In this document: positions 37,757 to 43,166 of the stretch, piece after piece
How positions within the stretch are numbered: position 1 is the first letter of the stretch
Layout: every line of letters starts with the position of its first letter
Assembly (NCBI GenBank): GCA_035631775.1
Contig: DASQID010000382.1
Location: 1 to 43,166, forward strand
Source of the DNA: Acidobacteriota bacterium
GTDB taxonomy: Bacteria > Acidobacteriota > UBA6911
Direction of reading: 5' to 3'
DNA: 43,166 nt
Notes under the pieces: generated by a model
Database searches by the model: none
What the model was told of the DNA's origin: nothing
The model's input: the letters and a program-made list of their open reading frames with translations, nothing else
Made by a program: the position numbers and the translations under genes

Positions 37757-37935
37757 GGCTGGAGCAAGAATAAATTCACATTTTGGCGCGAGCACCGCCG
37801 CGCCTGCGGCGCTCCTGGGACGGGCAGATGCGAGGCGCCGCGCCGCAGGCGATATCGGTGTATATCGTCGAGGAGCGGCAACGAAGCAGATGCCCGCCCG
37901 CCGCCGCGCCCTTTCAGGCTGCGGCCCGCAGGCCC
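37752..37935 (+). mobile_element. Partial copy (left ~185 bp) of MITE-like family A
   Basis: cttagggctggagcaagaataaattcacattttggcgcgagcaccgccgcgcctgcggcgctcctggg... is near-identical to 15266-15450. Similarity ends after cgcaggccc. No clear right end. Confidence 0.8.
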
Positions 37936-38081
37936 CGGCAAAGTTCTCCGCGGCCGGTTCCCCGTTGGTAAAGCGAAATTCGGGAGTGGCTCAGCATGTC
38001 ACGGGAATCTGCCAAAAATGCCGCAAGGTCGCTCTCGAGCTGCGTCTCTTCAACAGGTGAATCAGACACCGGAGGTCAACA

Positions 38082-38897
38082 ATGAGAGTCGCATTGATTT
38101 TCAGCCTGTTGCTGCTCGGGTCCGTGGACGCTATCCCTTCACAGCGTAAGTCTTCCGGACTGGAGGTTCTAGTAAACGGTGGCCCCGTTCCGAAGTATCA
38201 CTACCGGGGAACGACCTATATCGAGGCTCTCAAAGGACAGGAATACGCGATTCGCATCACCAATCCATCCGGAACGCGAGTCGCGGTGGCCTTGTCGGTG
38301 GACGGCCTTAACACAATCGATGCCCGCCACACCGAGGCTCGCCTCGGCCACAAATGGGTTCTGGAACCTTACGATTCGGTTGTCATAAGCGGCTGGCAGA
38401 CTGGCGCTCAGCACGCGCGCCGCTTCTTCTTTACTACGGAGGATCGGTCGTACGGCGCCTGGCTGGGGGAGACCGAAAACCTCGGAGTTATCAGCGCTGC
38501 ATTTTTCCGGGAGAAGATCCCAAGAGTGCAGCGGCCCGATCCCCAACGACCACTGGTTCCGCAACCCGGCAATTCCCAATCTCCCCGAAGGGAACTGGAC
38601 CGGGCTGGTGATGCCGGCACCTCGGATCGGCAGTCCAAACTCGGAGAGGCAACTGCAGCGCCAACCTCTGAAGCAGAGTATGCCGCCACCGGCATCGGCG
38701 ACCGCATACGTCACGCGGTTCAGTGGATCCGGATGGACCTGGAAGAACAGCCGTTCTCCGTCATCGATCTGCGTTACGAGTTCCGGCCGGCTCTGGTAAG
38801 GCTCGGAGTTTTTCTGCCGCAAGTTACAGATGGTCCGTTGACCCGCCGCGAGAGAGCCAGGGGATTTCATGAACCCACATACTGCCCTGAGCCTTGA
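38082..38897 (+). CDS. Secreted hypothetical protein
   Basis: 271 aa, GGAGG 7 nt upstream. Signal peptide MRVALIFSLLLLGSVDA. Beta-rich N-terminal domain (LEVLVNGGPVPKYHYRGTTYIEALKGQEYAIRITNPSGTRVAVALSVDGLNTID), a low-complexity P/Q/S linker, and a second small domain. I do not recognise the family. Preferred over the antisense 273-aa ORF on composition, RBS and signal peptide. Confidence 0.7.
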   Translation: MRVALIFSLLLLGSVDAIPSQRKSSGLEVLVNGGPVPKYHYRGTTYIEALKGQEYAIRITNPSGTRVAVALSVDGLNTIDARHTEARLGHKWVLEPYDSVVISGWQTGAQHARRFFFTTEDRSYGAWLGETENLGVISAAFFREKIPRVQRPDPQRPLVPQPGNSQSPRRELDRAGDAGTSDRQSKLGEATAAPTSEAEYAATGIGDRIRHAVQWIRMDLEEQPFSVIDLRYEFRPALVRLGVFLPQVTDGPLTRRERARGFHEPTYCPEP

Positions 38898-38944
38898 CGT
38901 AGCCGGAGCCTTTGCAGCCCCGGAAAAATCGTAATACGAACCCT

Positions 38945-38996
38945 GGCGCCTTTGCTTCTTAGCGGTGGCCTTTTTAAAAGCCACCGCCAAGGCGCC
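38945..38996. terminator. Two-tier GC hairpin between convergent genes (possible bidirectional terminator)
   Basis: GGCGCCTT(38945-52)/AAGGCGCC(38989-96) and GCGGTGGC(38962-69)/GCCACCGC(38980-87) around the loop CTTTTTAAAA. Located 48 bp after the stop of 38082-38897 and ~200 bp after the stop of the minus-strand gene. There is no classical U-tract outside the stem. Confidence 0.35.
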
Positions 38997-39198
38997 GGAT
39001 TGCGTCCAAGATGTTTGGCCTGTCCTACACTGTTTCCCACCGCGGCCCTTGTTCCGCGTTGTCGCACGACTCGGGGACGGTTGTGTCGATTCTAAGTCCG
39101 ACGGGGAAGATTGCCAACACTGCTGCCCAGCTCAACACCACTACGGAACGAATCATTGCGCCAATCTCCTTGGAGTGGCACCTCTCTCCAGCGTTGGG

Positions 39199-40143
39199 CT
39201 ACGCCAGCTGCACACCAGGATGAGAGCACGCCACCCTGTCGTGGAACGCCAGCACCGGCTCCAGGTCGGGGTGAATCTTGCCTCTCCCGATCAGCTTCAC
39301 GAAGCTGCACGCAGTGAACCGTTGCGAGATCGCGCTGTAACGCTGTTCCCATTGTCTATAGATTGCTTCCTGGCGCCCAGCCGGCCACGGGTACTGAAAC
39401 GGAGGCCGATCGGCCCCGCATCGCCACGGTTTGGCCGTCAACCGCGCACGGAAGCATTCCTGTTGTCTGCACAGCCTCATGTAGAGAGGGTCTGAACCCA
39501 GGCTTCTCATCAGTTCTGCCGTATCCGCGCTGGCAGGATCAAAGATCTGATTGGTAATCAGGCACCGGAGCCCCGCGAAAGTGCGGTAGACCCTGAGATC
39601 CAGGTCCGGGTACCGAGCTGCGGTCTCCTCGATCCTGCGCAGTTGACGGTCTGCCGGAGAGGGCTGAGGCGCGGCCGCAGGTGAGGTGCCCACGCCGGGC
39701 ATTTGTTGCTTTGTACCAAACAAACTCTTGATCCCGGAGATCAGACCGTCGGCAAGGCCGGCCAACTCGGGCATCTGCGGCGCGTTTTGCGGATTCTCCG
39801 TTCGTGCGCCCTCATCGAAATCTATGTCGATGAACATTGCATAAGCGGAGTTCAACACCAAAGCCCCATACCGATTGCGTGTGATGACACCGACCTCTTT
39901 TCGGTCGCCGGCACTGATCACTTCTTTGATCTCCTCCCTGACCGGACGCTCACCGTAGGAGTACCGATCAAGGGCCCAGCCATTCTGGACCTTCCGCACC
40001 AACTCCTGCGCCCGTTCGCGGGCAAGCCGCTTCGCTTCCTCGGCGCTATTGTCTGACCATTGCCAGCAGGAAAGCCGGTACGCCTTACCACCCTGACCTT
40101 GCACTGACTGAGTCTCATTCGCCCAAAATTTCGGAATCTTCAT
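39199..40143 (-). CDS. Hypothetical protein (314 aa)
   Basis: GGGAGG 6 nt upstream of ATG 40143. Balanced composition. N-terminal domain ending in YGALVLNSAYAMFIDIDFDEG, a low-complexity P/A/Q linker, and a C-terminal domain with RVYRTFAGLRCLI and CRQQECFRARLTAKPWRC. I do not recognise the family. Confidence 0.7.
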   Translation of the reverse strand: MKIPKFWANETQSVQGQGGKAYRLSCWQWSDNSAEEAKRLARERAQELVRKVQNGWALDRYSYGERPVREEIKEVISAGDRKEVGVITRNRYGALVLNSAYAMFIDIDFDEGARTENPQNAPQMPELAGLADGLISGIKSLFGTKQQMPGVGTSPAAAPQPSPADRQLRRIEETAARYPDLDLRVYRTFAGLRCLITNQIFDPASADTAELMRSLGSDPLYMRLCRQQECFRARLTAKPWRCGADRPPFQYPWPAGRQEAIYRQWEQRYSAISQRFTACSFVKLIGRGKIHPDLEPVLAFHDRVACSHPGVQLA

Positions 40144-40291
40144 GGTGACCTCCCGAGTTGTTTGATAGCGATCAACATTTATCCTAGGAGGTTCTTGGAA
40201 TTCTCTGCTTCGTACCGGAGAGCCCCTAGAAACTCATCGCCAAGACCCGAATGCCGCCAAGGAACACAAAAAGCTGCCGCCCAATGACTGA

Positions 40292-41851
40292 TCAATTCCC
40301 CCGTCCCAGGTTCCGGCGCAGGGTCAGGGTGCCATCCGGGTTCGTCTTCTGGCGGCAGGCCCACCGCACCGGATAGCGTAAGCTTTTCACTTCGATTTCC
40401 GCGCTGAGTTTCATCCCCTCCCACTTTGTCCCTTTGGGCAGCGCAAAGTGAGCCTGCCTGATCTTGCCAGGGACCGGATATCCCGGGTCAAGACAGCCGC
40501 CCACCCTCACCCTGTCGTCCTCGCTGGCCACCGTCACCCGCAGGACGCCGGGAACCCCGGCAATGCCGTCATTGGCGAATCCGATGATCAGGCCGGCATG
40601 ATCCACCACCTCATACGACCAGATAAAGGAGGGCCTCACGCTATAGCCTATCTTGCGGCTGATCAGATCGATCATCCCCGGGTATTGCCGGTAATAATTC
40701 ATGATGCCCTCTGCGCTGATCTTGTGGAAATTCCAAAGAGACCAGTAATTGGCACCCACATCCATCACGTGCGCAATCATGTTGTCCGTGGCGGTGACCC
40801 CATCACTGATGCGCAGAGAAGCGGGTGAACCGTCGGACATGCCAACCTCGAGAACGCCGGCGATCCACGGAGGACGGTTGCTGATCGATTCGATCTGCAT
40901 GTTCTCGATGAAAATTGTATCGGTACGAAGCCAGTTGTGGGTACGGACCGTGCGGTCCACCATTTCTGAGTTCCCCACGCGGCTGAAATCCGGCTGGGTA
41001 TTCGTAACCAAAGGTGTCTTGGTCCAGCATTCGAGCTGGATCTCCATCATGTTTATCCAAGTCCGCTCGGCGGTCAGGTAGTCTGGGAAGGGATTGTTGG
41101 TGAACGGCCAGGTGTGTCCCTCGCCCCAAAAGCCATACATGAAGGTGTCCATATATTCCACGAGGGGATTGCCGTTCAGTTCCGCCGCCAGCAGCTGATT
41201 AAGCTCCTTGAATGCCTCCTGGAAGTAAGGGTGATCGTAGCGAGGCTCTTCGAAGGTCTTCTGTCCCCGTGTTGAGTTTGGATTCGTTCTCCACTGACCG
41301 ATCAGCTTCACCATCGGCACTTTTTCGAGCAAGAAATCCGGCAGCGCTTCTTCTTTATAATCCGGCGCCCTCATCTGAATTCGGAAACCGACCCGCTTGT
41401 TGTGCTGCCGAGCAAGGTCGAATGTCAGCTTCCAGTAATCCGGGAAATCCAGTCTTCCACGGCGTTGCTGAATCTCGCGCCAGGTCGGGCGGATGTAGAC
41501 CTTCTGTCCGAGCGGCAGCCGAACCAGGTTTTCGATAGCCTGGGTCTTATTGTCAGAGACGATTTCCGCGGTCCCCATGTCGGCAGCGATATATGTGATG
41601 AGCCCCCTCCCGAAATTGGGAACGACCTCCCCCGAAGGAGTGGTAGCCATCACCACATCGCCCGGATATAGATCTTCGGGCGAGTATTGGGGGAAAGGCC
41701 CCTGGTTCAGACGATCCCTGACAGTCGGGCCGGAGCCGAAATCGTATTTGTCCCAGTTATGCGCCGGAACATGACCGATGGATCTCCTAGCGGCCACTTC
41801 CGCGGCCACTCCAGCCAGTGCAGCGGTCCTTAAGAAGGCCCGTCTCTCCAT
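40292..41851 (-). CDS. Tat-signal secreted protein, possibly glycoside-hydrolase-like (tentative)
   Basis: ORF to 41893; the start is ATG 41851 (GGGAGG 7 nt upstream). Twin-arginine motif MERRAFLRTAALAGVAA. YIRPTWREIQ..., FRIQMRAPDY and YGFWGEGHTW are reminiscent of the TIM-barrel DUF4832-type hydrolase-like proteins. This family call is from memory only. Confidence 0.7.
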   Translation of the reverse strand: MERRAFLRTAALAGVAAEVAARRSIGHVPAHNWDKYDFGSGPTVRDRLNQGPFPQYSPEDLYPGDVVMATTPSGEVVPNFGRGLITYIAADMGTAEIVSDNKTQAIENLVRLPLGQKVYIRPTWREIQQRRGRLDFPDYWKLTFDLARQHNKRVGFRIQMRAPDYKEEALPDFLLEKVPMVKLIGQWRTNPNSTRGQKTFEEPRYDHPYFQEAFKELNQLLAAELNGNPLVEYMDTFMYGFWGEGHTWPFTNNPFPDYLTAERTWINMMEIQLECWTKTPLVTNTQPDFSRVGNSEMVDRTVRTHNWLRTDTIFIENMQIESISNRPPWIAGVLEVGMSDGSPASLRISDGVTATDNMIAHVMDVGANYWSLWNFHKISAEGIMNYYRQYPGMIDLISRKIGYSVRPSFIWSYEVVDHAGLIIGFANDGIAGVPGVLRVTVASEDDRVRVGGCLDPGYPVPGKIRQAHFALPKGTKWEGMKLSAEIEVKSLRYPVRWACRQKTNPDGTLTLRRNLGRGN

Positions 41852-42091
41852 CTTGAATCCTCCCGCAATCGAATCCGTTATTGTCCTGCACAACGTCCCT
41901 GATCTATCGCCTATCGTGCCACAATTACCATTGCCGGCGCATCAGCTGAATGGCGGTCACGCCTCACTGGTTGCTGATTTGTGCAGGCGTTCCCCCACCT
42001 ATTTCTGTTCCTGGGCTCCAGTGGCATGGGTCATTGAATTGCTCCCGCTCCATCGTTTCATTAGAATAGGCGCCTTCTTAGGAGGATGTGC

Positions 42092-42910
42092 ATGCGCACC
42101 GAATCAATTCTGAGAGCTGTGGCGGCGATTGCAGTCGTTGTTGGCATGGAATTATGTGCCGTACTGGCGCAGGGGGGGCTGGCAAGCCTCGGAATCAAGG
42201 AAGCAGAAGCGAGAAAGGAAATTGCATACGCGCTTCCCGCGGGGCGTGTCCCTTGGTACCTGGCGGCCAAAGCGTTCAAGGCAGCACCGGCCGCAGCTCG
42301 TCCGAAACTCGTCACCGACGCGCTGAATTGGATCAAGTCATACGTTGAATCCCCGGCGTTCAAGTCGGAATACGAGAATCAACGCCGCCAGAAGGCACCC
42401 GCGCCTCCCGCAGACAAGGGCAGCATCGATGATCAGATCGCCAAACAGCGGGCCGAGCAGCGGAAGAGCATCGACGAGATGAAGAAGAACGTGGCCAAGA
42501 TGCCCCCGGAGATGCAAAAGCAGATGGAACAGACCGTCCGCCAGATGGAGGAACAGGCGGATAGGTCGGCTAAGGATCCCAAGATGACCGCAATGCTCCG
42601 GCAGAGCTTTGAGCTGCAGCATGCGGAAGAACGAAAATCATACGAGCTTCATGCCAAGCAATACGAGCAATCTTATCCGGCTGACCCTAAGGTGCTCGTA
42701 GCTCGACGGCTCAAGGAATTTCTCGAACTCAGCAAAGACATCGACTTCAATGCACGGCTTGCCTCTACGCCGAGCGGGAAAAAGAGGTTCGTGGATCCAA
42801 AGCTCGAAGCCAGGTCCGACAACTGGAAGACATGTTTCCGGGCCGGCAGGGAGACGGTGGAGGCGGCAAGGGCCTTTGCGCAAGAGTGGCTGAAGCAGCT
42901 TGAGAGGTGA
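42092..42910 (+). CDS. Secreted Lys/Glu/Gln-rich (coiled-coil-like) hypothetical protein
   Basis: ORF from 42086; ATG 42092 has AGGAGG 6 nt upstream. Signal-like ILRAVAAIAVVVGMELCAVLAQG. Central highly charged helical region (QIAKQRAEQRKSIDEMKKNVAKMPPEMQKQMEQTVRQMEEQ). Confidence 0.7.
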   Translation: MRTESILRAVAAIAVVVGMELCAVLAQGGLASLGIKEAEARKEIAYALPAGRVPWYLAAKAFKAAPAAARPKLVTDALNWIKSYVESPAFKSEYENQRRQKAPAPPADKGSIDDQIAKQRAEQRKSIDEMKKNVAKMPPEMQKQMEQTVRQMEEQADRSAKDPKMTAMLRQSFELQHAEERKSYELHAKQYEQSYPADPKVLVARRLKEFLELSKDIDFNARLASTPSGKKRFVDPKLEARSDNWKTCFRAGRETVEAARAFAQEWLKQLER

Positions 42911-42986
42911 CCAAAGGCAGCATGGTCGCCGAATCCATAGAGCTGACGCAGCGCCAATTCCTGCGAAACAGGTGAGCGCCTATTCT

Positions 42987-43166
42987 CAAGGTTCAGGGTA
43001 ATAGAGGTACAGCTTCGACTTGCGTTCGCTTTGTCCGAGATAAACCGTGCCGTCGTTTCCGAGCGCAGCGCTGTCGATCACGTAGGCCTGCCAGGAATAG
43101 TAGGGGCGGCGGTTTACATCGATCATTCCCAGCAGGTAGTAGGCTCCGTCCGCCGGATCGTAACAG
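42987..43166 (-). CDS. 3' end of an unidentified CDS running off the window
   Basis: The minus-strand frame is open from the window edge to TGA (42987-42989): ...CYDPADGAYYLLGMIDVNRRPYYSWQAYVIDSAALGNDGTVYLGQSERKSKLYLYYPEP*. Composition is protein-like. Not in the ORF track because it is partial. Confidence 0.4.

Noticed and set aside
37990-38045. Possible degenerate right end of the 37752 family-A copy (ctgccaaaaatgccgcaagg versus ctgcagcaaaatgccaagtaa).
   Set aside because: Only a ~9-nt core matches and the rest does not align. That is insufficient to call an element end.
38169-38990. 273-aa minus-strand ORF of the same size as the plus-strand gene 38082-38897.
   Set aside because: The plus-strand product has an RBS, a signal peptide and a balanced composition. 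The minus-strand translation is R/S/G-rich and starts inside the terminator-like hairpin.

Overview
GC-rich bacterial chromosomal segment, most consistent with Acidobacteriota. The lineage call rests on two ADOP-type duplicated FtsX permeases (one with a PadR partner), a ~1200-aa CarboxypepD_reg-type TonB-dependent receptor, a CRTAC1/ASPIC-UnbV FG-GAP protein and several secreted TPR proteins. Main blocks: (1) PadR + ADOP permease. (2) PP2C phosphatase divergent from two YciI-like genes and a long ECF sigma factor. (3) A LuxR-type atypical regulator with a signal-less HtrA-like protease. (4) A minus-strand cluster of TonB receptor, TPR, TPR and CRTAC1. (5) A block of gene remnants (glycosyltransferase family 9 (GT9) 3' tail, 5'-truncated CocE/NonD hydrolase, M20 peptidase N-terminal stub) around an intact LMW-PTP, an orphan 401-aa gene and a GT9 glycosyltransferase. 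(6) A tightly packed plus-strand tyrosine/homogentisate catabolic operon: AMP-ligase, hppD, hmgA, unknown ORF, fahA, heme-oxygenase-like protein. (7) Several secreted or uncharacterised proteins. No rRNA gene, convincing tRNA gene or CRISPR array was seen. The most interesting signals are three. First, an uncharacterised 300-aa ORF is translationally coupled between hmgA and fahA, exactly where a maleylacetoacetate isomerase is expected, and no GST-like gene is present in the window. Second, there are two unrelated families of small non-autonomous (MITE-like) elements with terminal inverted repeats, present as full, partial and solo-end copies. Third, a 66-bp perfect direct repeat marks a recombination scar that brackets a ~3.9-kb mosaic block. 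All functional calls come from reading motifs in the translated ORFs; no database search was possible.
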